NCBI GenBank assembly: GCA_030835905.1
Contig: JAURQX010000005.1
Location: 1,135-65,134, forward strand
Reading direction: 5' to 3'
DNA length: 64,000 nt
Source of the DNA: Alphaproteobacteria bacterium
GTDB lineage: Bacteria; Pseudomonadota; Alphaproteobacteria; Rickettsiales; UBA1997
Shown: one piece after another, positions 36,080 to 48,019 of the stretch
Numbering within the stretch: the stretch's first letter is position 1
Layout: every line of letters starts with the position of its first letter
The notes under the pieces: model-generated
Database searches by the model: none
What the model was told of the DNA's origin: nothing
The model's input: only the letters and a program-made list of their open reading frames with translations
Made by a program: the position numbers and the translations under genes

Positions 36080-37561
36080 TTATAGGCCTGGCATGAAGTT
36101 AAAAATTGCCTGAGTCATTGGTTTTATAAAAAAGATTAGAAAAACATTAAATAATGCAGCAATCATTATAATTAAATTTGAGTTTAAGTTACCCTCTAAT
36201 TCAATTATATTATTTGGCTGATCAAAGTACATTATTTTTACAATTCGTAAATAATAAAAAGCCGAAATCACGCTAAATAAAACAGCAACTACTGCAACAG
36301 CAACAAATTGCCCCGCTATCACTGAAGAAAGTACATAAAATTTTGAGAAAAAACCTGCCAAAGGTGGAATTCCAGCACTTGAAAACATTAAAACAGATAA
36401 TGCGAAAGCCACTCTTGGATTTGTTTTAGCTAGTCCTGAGAGTGATTGAATATCATAAATTTTCTTTGCCTCTTCATCATTTTCATGATTATACAAATTA
36501 CTATTTTTGCAAACAACTATGTTCAAGAAACCAAAGGTACCAATTGAAATCACAGCATAAATCATTGAGTAAAAGACTGCATATGAAAAGCCATATTTAT
36601 TAAAAATTACTAATGAGAGCAATATAAAACCTACATGCCCAATTGAGCTATATGCAAGTAGCCTTTTAAAGTTCTTTTGAAAGATTGCGCCAAAGCTACC
36701 AATAGCAAATGACAATAATGATATGGTAATAAATATTTTATTTAGTCCTGGCCACTTAATATTTAAGTTGGATAAAATATTTATGAATGCAATAATTACA
36801 GAAAACTTTATAACCGTTGCAAAAAAAGTAGTTACAATTGGTGGAGATCCTTCGTAAACATCAGGCGACCACATATGAAAAGGAGCAGCAGCAATCTTGA
36901 AAAACATGGCTACTATCACTAGAATAAATCCAACCATAACTCCAATTGGAACATTTTTTATAATCTCAGACTCGGAATGAGGATATAGCTGAGACAGCGC
37001 ATTAAAATTAGTAGTTCCACTATAACCATAAATTAAGGATATTCCAAAAAGCAAGATAGCTGAGGCAAGTGATCCTAAAATAAAGTATTTAATTCCTGCT
37101 TCAGCTGATTTAGGAGATTTACGATTGATTGCTGCAAGAATATACAGTGATAAAGCTTGTAGTTCTAGGGCTAGATAAAAAATTAAAAAGTCATTAGCTG
37201 ATATCATTACTATACTACCTAGCGTAGCCAAGAAAATTAAAGAAATAAATTCTGCACTAATTTTTGCTTCACTGATTATAAAGTTAAGTGAAAATAGCAA
37301 AACAGCAGTTAAAATAAGAATTATAAAAGATTTAATGTAAGATGTAAAAAAACTAACCTTTATCATATCATTGAACAGCAATGATTCAGCAACAAAGTTT
37401 TTACTTATTGCAATAAGTGTTACAGCACATACCAACAATGCTAGAAGATGAGAAAGGTAAGATATAGATGATACTTTTTTTCTAAGAAAAACATCAAGCA
37501 TCAATATTATTATAGCCCCACTAAAAAGAGTTATTTCTGGAGATAAAAGCTCTAAATTCAT
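36080..37561 (-). CDS. nuoN: NADH-quinone oxidoreductase subunit N
   Basis: 493-aa polytopic protein with FYLALELQALSLYILAA, typical of NuoN/ND2. Confidence 0.9.
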   Translation of the reverse strand: MNLELLSPEITLFSGAIIILMLDVFLRKKVSSISYLSHLLALLVCAVTLIAISKNFVAESLLFNDMIKVSFFTSYIKSFIILILTAVLLFSLNFIISEAKISAEFISLIFLATLGSIVMISANDFLIFYLALELQALSLYILAAINRKSPKSAEAGIKYFILGSLASAILLFGISLIYGYSGTTNFNALSQLYPHSESEIIKNVPIGVMVGFILVIVAMFFKIAAAPFHMWSPDVYEGSPPIVTTFFATVIKFSVIIAFINILSNLNIKWPGLNKIFITISLLSFAIGSFGAIFQKNFKRLLAYSSIGHVGFILLSLVIFNKYGFSYAVFYSMIYAVISIGTFGFLNIVVCKNSNLYNHENDEEAKKIYDIQSLSGLAKTNPRVAFALSVLMFSSAGIPPLAGFFSKFYVLSSVIAGQFVAVAVVAVLFSVISAFYYLRIVKIMYFDQPNNIIELEGNLNSNLIIMIAALFNVFLIFFIKPMTQAIFNFMPGL

Positions 37562-39040
37562 TTAATTATAAATTTTTATTAGCGACTCAACCGGAGTAGT
37601 AAAAAAGTCAAGTAAGATATTTGGCATAATACCAAATATCATAACCAAAAAAGCCATTAATCCCAGCGCTAGAAATTCGGAATAATTTAGATCTTTAAAG
37701 CTGCTAATTTTTGAGTTGGAGATTTCGCTAAACCAAACTCTTTTGTAAAGCCATAACATATAACATGCCCCAAAAATAACTCCCGTGGCTGCCAAAATTG
37801 CAGTGATTTTACTAGCTTGGAAAGTTCCAATAATTGATAGAAACTCACCTACAAAGCCACTTGTACCTGGTAAACCAACTGATGCCATAGTAAATATCAT
37901 TGCTAAAAATGCAAAATTTGGCATTTTTTCAGCTATACCACCCATTTCGTTAATCTTTTTAGTATGTAGCCTATCATAAATTACACCTACGCAAATAAAT
38001 AGAGCTGCAGAAACAATACCGTGACTGATCATTTGTATAATGGCTCCATTTAAACCTTGCTGGTTAAAACTAAAGATCCCCATTGTTACAAAACCCATGT
38101 GAGCAACAGAAGAATAAGCTATCATTTTTTTCATATCTTCCTGCATGAGAGCTACAAAAGATGCGTAAATTATAGCAATTACACTAATCGTAAAAATAAA
38201 TGGTGCAAAATATACAGAAGCCTCAGGAAAAAATGGCAAAGAAAACCTAATAAAACCATAAGCTCCTAATTTAATTAAAATTCCTGCCAATATAACCGAT
38301 CCTGCAGTTGGCGCTTGCACGTGAGCGTCGGGTAGCCATGTATGGAAGGGAAACATTGGAACCTTAACAGCAAATGAAGCAAAGAATGCAAGCCAGAACC
38401 ATTTTTGATAAGATAGTGGTATTTTTTGTAAATATTCAGTTAGAACAATTATGTCTGTTGTACCAGTAAATACATAAATATAAATAATAGATATCAGAAA
38501 GAATAATGAGCCAAAGATTGTATAGAGGAAAAATTTGTAAGATGCATATATTTTGTTTTCACCACCCCAAATTCCTATTACTAAAAACATTGGTATTAGA
38601 GAAGCTTCAAATAATATATAAAAAAACAACAAATCTAAGGCACAAAAAGCGCCTATTACCATGCCTTCAATTAATAAAAAACAAATTACAAATTCTTTAA
38701 ACCTTGATTTTACTGAGTAACGACTGATTATCAAGCAGATCGGTGTTAAAAAAGTTGTTAATACTATCATTAAAACAGAAATACCATCTACACCGACATA
38801 ATATTTAATATCATGATTAGATATAAATTTTACCATTTCTTTAAATTGAAACCCATCTACAGACTTATCAAAATTAGCAATTAACACTATGGATAAGACA
38901 AAGGTTATTATTGAAACAGCGAGAGAAAAATAATAGTTTAAGGCATCTTTCTTTAAACCAACTACCAATAATAAAATTGCTGATAGGATTGGCAAAAAAG
39001 TGATAGTTGACAGTGCTGGTAGGTTAAAAAATAAACTCAT
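37562..39040 (-). CDS. nuoM: NADH-quinone oxidoreductase subunit M
   Basis: 492-aa polytopic protein with FFYILFEASLIPMFLVIGIWGG, typical of NuoM/ND4. Confidence 0.92.
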   Translation of the reverse strand: MSLFFNLPALSTITFLPILSAILLLVVGLKKDALNYYFSLAVSIITFVLSIVLIANFDKSVDGFQFKEMVKFISNHDIKYYVGVDGISVLMIVLTTFLTPICLIISRYSVKSRFKEFVICFLLIEGMVIGAFCALDLLFFYILFEASLIPMFLVIGIWGGENKIYASYKFFLYTIFGSLFFLISIIYIYVFTGTTDIIVLTEYLQKIPLSYQKWFWLAFFASFAVKVPMFPFHTWLPDAHVQAPTAGSVILAGILIKLGAYGFIRFSLPFFPEASVYFAPFIFTISVIAIIYASFVALMQEDMKKMIAYSSVAHMGFVTMGIFSFNQQGLNGAIIQMISHGIVSAALFICVGVIYDRLHTKKINEMGGIAEKMPNFAFLAMIFTMASVGLPGTSGFVGEFLSIIGTFQASKITAILAATGVIFGACYMLWLYKRVWFSEISNSKISSFKDLNYSEFLALGLMAFLVMIFGIMPNILLDFFTTPVESLIKIYN

Positions 39041-39176
39041 TGATTAAATATTATATCATGAACAAAAGAACGCAACCTTGGTGATTAATAGTGTAAATAA
39101 ATGAAATTTTTTTACTAGGCCAAAACTTTATAATCAATCTTCATTTAAATTAATTTTTAAAATAAGTATTTTGGGA

Positions 39177-40520
39177 CTATTTTTTAATTACTTTCAATAA
39201 ATCTTCAACTACAATTAAACTCTGCTCATCATTATTCTTTTTAAAGATTTCCTGAGCTTTTTTTGCGTATTTTTCTGACTTATCCTGATCTTCTATTATT
39301 AAATTGTAATTTGCTAAAGCTAAGTAGGAGTTACCTTCTTGTCCTAAGTTATAATATATTTTGGATAATTTTAGATAAAGTTGAGCATTTAATTTTTCAT
39401 AATTTTTAGCTTCTAATAAGTATTTAAGTGTTAATTGTAATATTTCCTTATCTGCAATCTTTGCAGCTATTACCGCATCACTAAAAGTGATTTTAGCTAA
39501 TGAAGAATTTTTAGGATCTAATATTTTAATTGCTTTGTTCAAATATATAAGAGCTTCCTTTGGATGTCCTGATTCAAATAAAAACTGACCTTTTAACTCA
39601 TATAAATAAGCTAAGTTAAAGTGGTTTTCTTGAGTTTTAAAGCTGTCAATAACATTATCAATTAATTCAATTGATTCTTGATAATTTCCATGACGATGAT
39701 ATGCTATCGCTAGCATATACTTCCCCAATTCACTTTTATCTTTTTTATATTTTTTAATTAAATCCACAGGATTATCCATAAAGCCTTCTAATTTTGCTAA
39801 GATTATATTCATTATTGGTTGCAAAGAAAAATTAATTTCTTGATTAGAAAACTTTTTGTCTTTTGTGCGATCAACGATTAAATCTATTCTTTTTTGACTA
39901 ATTGGATGAGATAGTGCGTACTCATCAATCATTGGTTCATATGGCTTAAACTCATTCTCAAAGTATTTTAAAAGCTTAACTAAGCCATCAGCAGGATAAG
40001 CAATTTTATCAAGAAATTTAATTGCATATTGATCAGCAGCTTCTTCTTGTGTTCTGGTATATTTTTGCTGCATTCGATCTGCAATATGCGTCCCTCCCAA
40101 GATTAATGCCGCCCCTCCATCATAAGAGCCAGCAGCCATAGCGCCAACTCCAAGCAAGTAGCTTAGTATCATCGCTGTTTTAGAATCATCAAATCCCTCA
40201 CTATTTCTTACTAAATGGCCAGCTTTTATGTGACCCACTTCATGAGCAATAACGCCAATTAATGCATCAGGTGTTGAAAATTTTCTTAAAAGACCAGTAT
40301 TAATAAAAATATTTTGACCACCACTAACAAAGGCATTCAAAGTTGAATCATTGACTAAATATATTTTGATATTTTTTTTATCTAAATTAGCTGATTCAAT
40401 TATTGGATTAATTGCTTGTGCTAAGAAATCCTCAATTTCTCCATCACGAATCATTGAAATATTAGCAAAAGCGATCTTGCTAAAAAAACAAAGAATAATA
40501 AATTTTGTAAATATTCTCAT
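39177..40520 (-). CDS. periplasmic M48 family metalloprotease with C-terminal TPR repeats (BepA-like)
   Basis: Signal peptide MRIFTKFIILCFFSKIAFA, zinc motif IAHEVGHIKAGH, and a TPR-like C-terminal half. Confidence 0.85.
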   Translation of the reverse strand: MRIFTKFIILCFFSKIAFANISMIRDGEIEDFLAQAINPIIESANLDKKNIKIYLVNDSTLNAFVSGGQNIFINTGLLRKFSTPDALIGVIAHEVGHIKAGHLVRNSEGFDDSKTAMILSYLLGVGAMAAGSYDGGAALILGGTHIADRMQQKYTRTQEEAADQYAIKFLDKIAYPADGLVKLLKYFENEFKPYEPMIDEYALSHPISQKRIDLIVDRTKDKKFSNQEINFSLQPIMNIILAKLEGFMDNPVDLIKKYKKDKSELGKYMLAIAYHRHGNYQESIELIDNVIDSFKTQENHFNLAYLYELKGQFLFESGHPKEALIYLNKAIKILDPKNSSLAKITFSDAVIAAKIADKEILQLTLKYLLEAKNYEKLNAQLYLKLSKIYYNLGQEGNSYLALANYNLIIEDQDKSEKYAKKAQEIFKKNNDEQSLIVVEDLLKVIKK

Positions 40521-40724
40521 TAATTATTTATTAAATGTTTTTCTCTCTGAGTGATAATATTTTAACTAAAATAGCAAAATATAGTGTTTTTTTTGCTTGC
40601 TTAGCTATAATAATTGTTGTACTACTTATTTTATCAACCGAAAAGAGTTCTGAAATAAAAAGGGAATTCACTACGATTAATATCGACATTAGTAATCAAA
40701 TTAATATTTGTACTCCAAGTCAAA

Positions 40725-41693
40725 ATGAAGAATGATATTAATCTAATAAAGCTATTTATTGAAAAGATTACTGCTGAAAATGGTTTATCTAAAAACACAA
40801 CCGAGAGTTATGGTCGCGATATTAAGCTTTTTAAAGAATTTTGTAAGCTTAAAAATAAAAATTTAACTAACATCAATCAGTCAGGTATAGAGCTTTATAT
40901 AAAGCAGCTATACCAACAAAATATAAAATCATCATCACTGTCGCGTAAAATTTCAGCTTTACGTAATTTTTATAACTTTTTGGAAGAGCAAGAAAAAATC
41001 CACCAAAACCCTTTGAAAAATATAGCAAGTCCAAAAAAGCAAAACAATTTGCCAAAATTTTTAAGCGAAAAAAACATCTTACAGCTTCTTGACTTTGCCC
41101 AGAAGGATAAATCTGAGTTTGGCATAAAATTATCATGTATATTAGAAATCTTATACGGGTCCGGCATTAGAATCTCGGAATTAATAAACCTACCAATTAG
41201 CTCGATTCAAAAGGACTATAATAATAATTTAAAAAATTATTTATTAATTAGAGGCAAAGGCAACAAAGAAAGAATCGTACCCTTAAGTAGATCGGCAATA
41301 ACAATATTGGGAGAATACTTAATTCTTCGCAAAAAAATTGGCCATGATTCATCAAAATGGCTTTTTAGTGGACATATTCGTAGCTCAAAAAATGCACAAA
41401 ACATTAAAATAAGATCAAAATTTGTTAAAATTGATAAACCCATGACCCGTCAAAGAATTAATCAAATGTTAAAGGAATTGGCATTAAAATCAGGGTTAGA
41501 TCCACAAAAAATAAGCCCTCACATTTTGCGTCATTCATTTGCAACTCATTTATTAAATAGAGGAATAAATATAAGATACTTGCAAGAAATGTTAGGGCAT
41601 GCTACAATAGGAACTACTGAAATTTATACTCATATTTTAGATGGTAAATTAAAGGAACTAGTCTTGAAACACCATCCAATGAATAAAAAATAA
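40725..41693 (+). CDS. xerD: site-specific tyrosine recombinase XerD
   Basis: LSKNTTESYGRDIKLF (XerD-type N-domain). Catalytic region HILRHSFATHLL...LGHATIGTTEIYTH. Confidence 0.8.
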   Translation: MKNDINLIKLFIEKITAENGLSKNTTESYGRDIKLFKEFCKLKNKNLTNINQSGIELYIKQLYQQNIKSSSLSRKISALRNFYNFLEEQEKIHQNPLKNIASPKKQNNLPKFLSEKNILQLLDFAQKDKSEFGIKLSCILEILYGSGIRISELINLPISSIQKDYNNNLKNYLLIRGKGNKERIVPLSRSAITILGEYLILRKKIGHDSSKWLFSGHIRSSKNAQNIKIRSKFVKIDKPMTRQRINQMLKELALKSGLDPQKISPHILRHSFATHLLNRGINIRYLQEMLGHATIGTTEIYTHILDGKLKELVLKHHPMNKK

Positions 41694-41698
41694 GATTT

Positions 41699-42304
41699 AT
41701 GACTGAAAATTTGGAAAATAAAAATAATAAAAGTCAACGAGATCCTTTAGAGGAAAAAAAACTATTCACTCAGGAAGTTGCTAAACAAGCAAAAAATTTT
41801 GTTGGCGCACTTCTTGATCCAAAATTGGATGAAAATTTACTGTCTAGCTTACAAGCCAGAATTAATGAAGAAACATCAAATTATCTTAATTTAAGAAGTT
41901 ATATCCTAAAATTAGATCAAGATAATGATGATAGCCTTAAAGATATCAACAATAATGAAATTAAAGGTAGTGATTTTAAAAAAATATTACACGATCCTAG
42001 GATGTTGGGTCTTAAAATTTCTGAAAAGGCAATTAGTTATAAGATTTCAGAATCAGCAGACGATAAAGAAAAGGAATTTTTAAACAATTTAAAAAGTAAA
42101 ATTTTTAAAAAGGAATTAGAATTGCTTAAAATAATTCAAAAAGAAATACAAGATGAGTGCAATAAAGATGTCGAAAAACAGCAAGAAAAAGAAATATCTG
42201 CTCAAGAGTCTTTAAAAAAACATGAAGAAAAACAAAGTGGGTATATAATAAGAGCGAGCAAAAAAAATCTCATTCATCCCAAGGACAATGGACGCAAAAT
42301 ATAA
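41699..42304 (+). CDS. hypothetical K/E-rich coiled-coil protein
   Basis: 201-aa ORF starting 5 nt after the xerD stop. Low-complexity charged sequence with no recognised motif. Confidence 0.5.
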   Translation: MTENLENKNNKSQRDPLEEKKLFTQEVAKQAKNFVGALLDPKLDENLLSSLQARINEETSNYLNLRSYILKLDQDNDDSLKDINNNEIKGSDFKKILHDPRMLGLKISEKAISYKISESADDKEKEFLNNLKSKIFKKELELLKIIQKEIQDECNKDVEKQQEKEISAQESLKKHEEKQSGYIIRASKKNLIHPKDNGRKI

Positions 42305-42462
42305 TTAATAATGAGCATTGCAATTCAAATAAAAATCCTGTAAAAGAAATTTAGAGCAAGAAGTTATTTGGCTTTTTTAATGTTAAATTACTTTAAATCT
42401 TCAGTTTATTATTTTTAGCAAATTTACAGATTGATGATTTTTTATTTTAAAAAATTTTAAAA

Positions 42463-43263
42463 CTAGCTAAAATGATTCAAAACTAAAGATCCTTTACCAA
42501 CTTTAAGGCTACTTTTTAAAGTTTTAAAAACATATTTATTAGCTTTTTTAACCGATTTTTTTATCGAATTACCTTTGGCTAAATTCGAACATATTGCTGA
42601 TGCAAGACTACAGCCAGTTCCGTGAAACTGTATTTTGCTAATTTTGTTATTATATATCAGATGATAATTGCTAAAATCGTCTAACAATATACTATAAATC
42701 TTATCCTTACTTATATTTAGGTGGCCACCCTTTATCAAAACATTTTTAACTCCAAGCTCTTTGATTTTTTTAGCAGCTAATTTCATATCTTCCAAATTAA
42801 GTATTTCCATTCCTGATAAAATGTTAGCTTCGTCAATATTTGGAGTAACTAAAATTGAAATTGGTAGTAATTTTTTCTTCAAAACATCAATTGCCAAATC
42901 TTCCAGCAAAGCATCACCTGAAGTTGCTACCATCACCGGATCTAAGACTATATTTTTAATATTTCTATTATCTTTGAGAATTCTAAATACTTCTTGTGCA
43001 ATTTCTAGGTTAGATAGCATGCCGATTTTTACAGCATCAAACTTGATATCATCTAAAACTACCTCAAGCTGCTTCTTTAAAAAGTTTATGTCTGGATTGT
43101 GAATAGCAAAAACCCCCTGAGTATTTTGCGCAGTCAAAGAAGTTACAATAGTTGAACAAAAAACTTTGTGAGCACAAGCTGTTTTAATATCAGCTTGTAA
43201 ACCAGCTCCACCACCAGAATCTGAGCCAGCGATGATCAAGATTTTTTTTACTGAATTTGCCAT
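42463..43263 (-). CDS. thiD: hydroxymethylpyrimidine/phosphomethylpyrimidine kinase
   Basis: ILIIAGSDSGGGAGLQADIKT, 266 aa. Confidence 0.93.
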   Translation of the reverse strand: MANSVKKILIIAGSDSGGGAGLQADIKTACAHKVFCSTIVTSLTAQNTQGVFAIHNPDINFLKKQLEVVLDDIKFDAVKIGMLSNLEIAQEVFRILKDNRNIKNIVLDPVMVATSGDALLEDLAIDVLKKKLLPISILVTPNIDEANILSGMEILNLEDMKLAAKKIKELGVKNVLIKGGHLNISKDKIYSILLDDFSNYHLIYNNKISKIQFHGTGCSLASAICSNLAKGNSIKKSVKKANKYVFKTLKSSLKVGKGSLVLNHFS

Positions 43264-44579
43264 ACTAATTTACCAGCAACTATTGTTTTAACCGCCCTGC
43301 CCTTTACTTTAAAATCAGCAAAAGGCGAGTTTTTGGATTTAGAGTGAAATTTTTGTGGATCGATTTGCCATTCTTGATTTATATCAATCAAGGTTAAATC
43401 GGCTCTAGCGCCTTTTTTAATTATACCACCATCAAAATTAATAATTTTTGCTGCATTACAAGTCATTTTAGCTAATAAATTGACTAGAGAAATCAAGCCT
43501 TGGTGGTAGAGAGACAATGATAATGGCAACATAGTTTCAACGCCAACAATACCAAAAGATGCAGTTGCTAAATCCTTATTTTTGGAATCTAAGTCATGCG
43601 GTGCATGGTCGGTAGAAATAGCGTCAATCAAGCCAGTTTTTAAACCCTCAATCAATGCCAAGCGATCAATTTCAGATCTAAGTGGTGGGTTCATTTTAGC
43701 ATTAGTTCCAGATTTTAAAACTTGTTGATCAGTTAACATAAAATGATGCGGACAAACTTCAACTGTGGCATTTAAACCCTTATCTTTAGCTCTTTTAATA
43801 GCATCTAGCGCTTCTTTAGTTGATACATGAAGTAAGTGATATCGACCACCAGTTTTTTCTAAAATAGCCAAATCACGTTCCACAATTACTGATTCTGAAA
43901 TATTAGGAATGCCATTAACATTTAATTTTCTTGAAACTTCTCCTTCATTAATGCACCCTTTGTTACTTAGATTTAAATCCTCGGCATGTTGTGCCACAAC
44001 CAAATCTAAATTTTTTGATTCTTCAAAAGCACGGCGCATCAAATGCGCATTCATTACTGGCAAGCCGTCATCAGTCAAACCAACTGCTCCTGCCTTTTTT
44101 AATTCATCAAAATTTGTTAACTCCTGACCCTTCATCTGCTTGGTAATGCAAGCATAAGCTAAAATATTACAATAAGCCTCATTCTTAGCTTTTTCCTTAA
44201 TAAATTCTAAGATTTTTGCATTATCAATTGTTGGTGAAGTATTTGGCTGACAAACTACTGTTGTTATTCCACCAGCAACAGCGGACTTAGAACCACTAAC
44301 TAGATCTTCTTTGTGAGTTTGTCCTGGATCACGAAAATGTACTTGAATATCAATCAAACCTGGGCACAAAACATGACCACCGCAATCTATAATTTCTGCA
44401 TTGCTAGCTTCAATATTAATACCAAAATCAGCAATTTTATCGCCAACTGTTAAAAGCTCGCCCTGCTTTTGATATTTTGTTGCCGGATCAATAATTATAG
44501 CATTTTTATAGAGTATTTTTTTGTTTTTATCTATTTTTTGATTATATGGTAAGTTAAATTGCGTCATATTTATTCCCAT
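43248..44579 (-). CDS. pyrC: dihydroorotase
   Basis: Metal-binding [18 protein letters not shown], amidohydrolase fold, 443 aa. An alternative start at Met5 (44567) would remove the overlap with guaA. Confidence 0.9.
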   Translation of the reverse strand: MGINMTQFNLPYNQKIDKNKKILYKNAIIIDPATKYQKQGELLTVGDKIADFGINIEASNAEIIDCGGHVLCPGLIDIQVHFRDPGQTHKEDLVSGSKSAVAGGITTVVCQPNTSPTIDNAKILEFIKEKAKNEAYCNILAYACITKQMKGQELTNFDELKKAGAVGLTDDGLPVMNAHLMRRAFEESKNLDLVVAQHAEDLNLSNKGCINEGEVSRKLNVNGIPNISESVIVERDLAILEKTGGRYHLLHVSTKEALDAIKRAKDKGLNATVEVCPHHFMLTDQQVLKSGTNAKMNPPLRSEIDRLALIEGLKTGLIDAISTDHAPHDLDSKNKDLATASFGIVGVETMLPLSLSLYHQGLISLVNLLAKMTCNAAKIINFDGGIIKKGARADLTLIDINQEWQIDPQKFHSKSKNSPFADFKVKGRAVKTIVAGKLVWQIQ

Positions 44580-46183
44580 TCAATTGTTCCGGGTGGTTTT
44601 GAAGTGATGTCACAAACTACACGATTTACACCTCTAACTTCACCAATAATTCGATTACAAACTTTGGTTAAAAAATTATAATCAAATTGATAAATTTCAG
44701 CAGTCATACCATCTGTTGAGGTAACGGCCCTTAAAGCCAAAACATATTCATAAGTTCGAGCATCGCCCATCACACCAACAGTTTTAACTGGCAACAGCAC
44801 AGCAAAAGCTTGCCAAATTTTATCATAAAGTCGCGCCTTTCTAATTTCTTCTAAATAAATTTCATCAGCTTGTTGTAAAATTTTAACTTTTTCTAAAGTA
44901 ACTTCTCCGGGGATTCTAATCGCCAAACCTGGTCCTGGAAATGGATGTCTTGAAACCATGCCATAAGTTAAACCTAATTCTTCGCCTAATTTTCTAACCT
45001 CATCTTTAAAAAGCATGCGCACCGGTTCAAGCAATTTTAGCTTCATATCTTCTGGTAAACCCCCAACATTATGATGTGATTTAATAGTGTGGCTTTTGCC
45101 AGAATTTGGATGGGTTGATTCAATAACATCAGGATAAAGTGTGCCTTGCGCTAAAAACTCTGCATCTTTGATTTTAGATGCTTCTTGATCAAAAATTTCG
45201 ATAAAAGTTTTGCCAATTATCTTTCTTTTTTGCTCGGGATCTGAAATATCTTTTAACTTACTTAAAAACAGCTCACCAGCATCAACATAAACCAAATTTA
45301 CTTTAAAATGATGCTCAAAAGTTTCTTTAACTTGCCTGCCTTCATCTTTTCGAAGTAATCCAGTATCAACAAAAATACAGGTTAATTGCTTACCAATTGC
45401 TTTGTGAATAAGTGCAGCCACTACCGACGAATCAACACCGCCACTCAAGCCGCAAATCACCTTTTTATCACCAACTGTTTTTCTGATTTTAACAATTTCT
45501 TCTTGCATAAAATTGCCCATATTCCAATCCCTATTACAACCAGCAATTTTAACTACAAAATTTTCTAAGAATTTTTTGCCGTCCAGCGAATGCACAACTT
45601 CAGGATGAAATTGCATACCATAAATTTTGCGTTTTTTATCGGCAATCACCGCATTTGGTGCCGACACAGCTGAAGCAATGGAAACAAAGCCAGCTGGTAA
45701 TTGACTAATATGATCGCCATGACTCATCCAGACTTGACTAGCACTTTTAAGATCTTCTCTTTTTAATAGTTGAGATTGATCATATCCCCAAGTTGCAGGA
45801 AGATTTTCCGCCCCACCTTCAGCACCATTTAAAATACAAGAATCATCAAAAATATGAAGCAATGACTTACCAAAGCCGCGATGTGAAGAAATTTCAACCT
45901 TACCACCAAGTAAATGACAAATTAATTGCTGACCATAGCAAATTCCAAGAATTGGAATATTTAACTCAAAAATCTCTTTATCAATTAACGGCGCATCCTT
46001 TCCATAAACCGATTCAGGACCTCCCGAAAAAATAACGGCTTTTGGCTTTATTTTTTTGATATCATTAAGCGAAAAATCGCAATTTCTAACTTCGCAAAAA
46101 ACACCAATTTCACGCACTCTTCGAGCAATTAGCTGAGTAACTTGGCTACCAAAATCAATTATTAAAATGGAGTTATTAGACAT
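44570..46183 (-). CDS. guaA: GMP synthase (glutamine-hydrolysing)
   Basis: GATase motif [10 protein letters not shown]-loop [11 protein letters not shown]-terminus ...KPPGTIEWE. Confidence 0.97.
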   Translation of the reverse strand: MSNNSILIIDFGSQVTQLIARRVREIGVFCEVRNCDFSLNDIKKIKPKAVIFSGGPESVYGKDAPLIDKEIFELNIPILGICYGQQLICHLLGGKVEISSHRGFGKSLLHIFDDSCILNGAEGGAENLPATWGYDQSQLLKREDLKSASQVWMSHGDHISQLPAGFVSIASAVSAPNAVIADKKRKIYGMQFHPEVVHSLDGKKFLENFVVKIAGCNRDWNMGNFMQEEIVKIRKTVGDKKVICGLSGGVDSSVVAALIHKAIGKQLTCIFVDTGLLRKDEGRQVKETFEHHFKVNLVYVDAGELFLSKLKDISDPEQKRKIIGKTFIEIFDQEASKIKDAEFLAQGTLYPDVIESTHPNSGKSHTIKSHHNVGGLPEDMKLKLLEPVRMLFKDEVRKLGEELGLTYGMVSRHPFPGPGLAIRIPGEVTLEKVKILQQADEIYLEEIRKARLYDKIWQAFAVLLPVKTVGVMGDARTYEYVLALRAVTSTDGMTAEIYQFDYNFLTKVCNRIIGEVRGVNRVVCDITSKPPGTIEWE

Positions 46184-46184
46184 C

Positions 46185-47177
46185 TTAATTAATTAAAGTT
46201 TTGATTATTTTTTGCTTGATTTCATCGACGCTAAAATCTTGATAAATTATATCATGAATTGTCTGACAAAGCGGTAAATTGATTTGATTTTGCTGCGCTA
46301 ATTTGCAAACTGAAGATGCAGAAATTGCTCCTTCGAAAGTTGTTTTTTCTTCTTTTATAATATATTTGTACTTTTTCCCTGACGCTAATTTTCTACCTAA
46401 AGAATTATTGCGTGATTTATTCGAAGAACAAGTTAAAAAGATATCACCAAACCCTGCAGGAGTTGCAATAAAGCCATCACAATCAAAAAATCTACAAAGT
46501 GTTTTGATTTCTTGGGTACCATATGTTATGATAGCTGCTTTAGCATTAACACCAAGATCAAGGCCATCAATAATTCCACAACCAATTGCTAAAATATTTT
46601 TAACAATTCCACAAATTTCAGCGGTAACTGGCTGCGAGTCATAAATTGCTTTAAAATAGCTATTGTTTAATGCTTCAATAATTGGCTTAGAGATTTCCTG
46701 ATCAGTTGTACAAATATTGGTAATAGTTGGCATGCGATTAGCAACTTCAATTGCAAAATTTGGACCTGACAAAACTGCATATTTTTTATCAGGATTTAGT
46801 TCAGCAAATGAATCCGTTAAAAGATTTAGAGAGCTTGGCTCTAAACCCTTAGAACAGATTATAAATAAACAATCTTTTGGGATGCTTTTTTTCTGTGACA
46901 AATCCTTAAAAACTTGTGCAACAACCTGTGATGGCACAACAATAAAAATTAAATCACAACTAACTAAGAATTCATTATAATTACCAATAGCTTTTAAATT
47001 AGGTGACAATTCAACATTTGGTAAATATTTTTTTGTAGAATGGTGGCTGTTGATTTCATTAATCACATCTTCTTCTATTGAACTCAATACTACATTATTA
47101 CTATTATCAGCTAAAACATTAGCGATTGCAGTTCCCCAAGTTCCTGCGCCAATAACTAAAATATTTTTTTTTACCAT
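46185..47177 (-). CDS. gpsA: NAD(P)H-dependent glycerol-3-phosphate dehydrogenase
   Basis: [18 protein letters not shown] Rossmann motif, 330 aa. Confidence 0.93.
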   Translation of the reverse strand: MVKKNILVIGAGTWGTAIANVLADNSNNVVLSSIEEDVINEINSHHSTKKYLPNVELSPNLKAIGNYNEFLVSCDLIFIVVPSQVVAQVFKDLSQKKSIPKDCLFIICSKGLEPSSLNLLTDSFAELNPDKKYAVLSGPNFAIEVANRMPTITNICTTDQEISKPIIEALNNSYFKAIYDSQPVTAEICGIVKNILAIGCGIIDGLDLGVNAKAAIITYGTQEIKTLCRFFDCDGFIATPAGFGDIFLTCSSNKSRNNSLGRKLASGKKYKYIIKEEKTTFEGAISASSVCKLAQQNQINLPLCQTIHDIIYQDFSVDEIKQKIIKTLIN

Positions 47178-47183
47178 TTAATC

Positions 47184-47591
47184 TTATTCTATTTGTTCAA
47201 TAATTACGTAAGATAAAACCAAATCACCTTCGTCACTAAGACTTAAATGAGTTTTAAATTTTTTACAGTTAAAAAGATTATTTAAAAAGTCGATTTTATT
47301 ATTTTTAATTAATATTTCTGGTTTACCCAAGTTATTGTTTTGTACCTCAATATCTTTAAAATTTATGCCACGCCCAATACCTGTTCCACAGGCTTTAGCA
47401 AACGACTCTTTTGCCGCAAATCTCTTAGCTAGATATGATATTTGCTTCTTATGATTTTTTATTTTTTGAAAGTTGCAAATTTCGTAATTTGTAAAAAATT
47501 TACTTAAAAATAGATTGTTAAATTTTTTGATTAAATTTTCAACCCTAGTCGAATTCAAAATATCAGCACCAATCCCAATAATATGATTCAT
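47184..47591 (-). CDS. acpS: holo-[acyl-carrier-protein] synthase
   Basis: MNHIIGIGADIL...FAAKESFAKA, 135 aa. Confidence 0.88.
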   Translation of the reverse strand: MNHIIGIGADILNSTRVENLIKKFNNLFLSKFFTNYEICNFQKIKNHKKQISYLAKRFAAKESFAKACGTGIGRGINFKDIEVQNNNLGKPEILIKNNKIDFLNNLFNCKKFKTHLSLSDEGDLVLSYVIIEQIE

Positions 47592-48019
47592 TAACTATTT
47601 TATATTTACTTTAAAAAGCTCAAATTTAGAAATAAAATTGATGAAAATTATTATTAATTTTAAGTTACTTGATTTACTAGACACTATTGTTAAAGATTTT
47701 CAATTTTAGATTTTTTCTAATCTTAAGCCCTTTTTAGCAAAAATAGGTAAAGGATAATTTAAAAAACTTAACAAAAAGCTCATAAAGATATTTTACAACT
47801 TAAGCTAGTTTGACTTTGAAAATTAAAGAGTAAAAGTAAATTTTAAATTTAAAACTATAATAAGCATAAGTTAAATTATTTCTTAATTTAACTGGATTCA
47901 TAATTGCATTATGCATTTGAATAAGAATTTTAGAACTCTTTCTTTTATTAGGTTTTATTAAATATTAATAAAATTATTAGCAACTCAAACAGCTTAATAT
48001 TTTAACAATTTTTTTATAA

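Noticed and set aside
40535-40735. 66-aa plus-strand ORF with one hydrophobic segment upstream of xerD
   Set aside because: Its start is only 14 nt from the divergent start of the M48 protease gene, so it would occupy the whole divergent promoter region. I recognise no homology. It is possibly real but unsupported.
40725-41693. Tyrosine recombinase as a possible marker of an integrated mobile element
   Set aside because: Its sequence features match housekeeping XerD. The neighbours are core genes, and I saw no att-like repeats or phage or plasmid genes.
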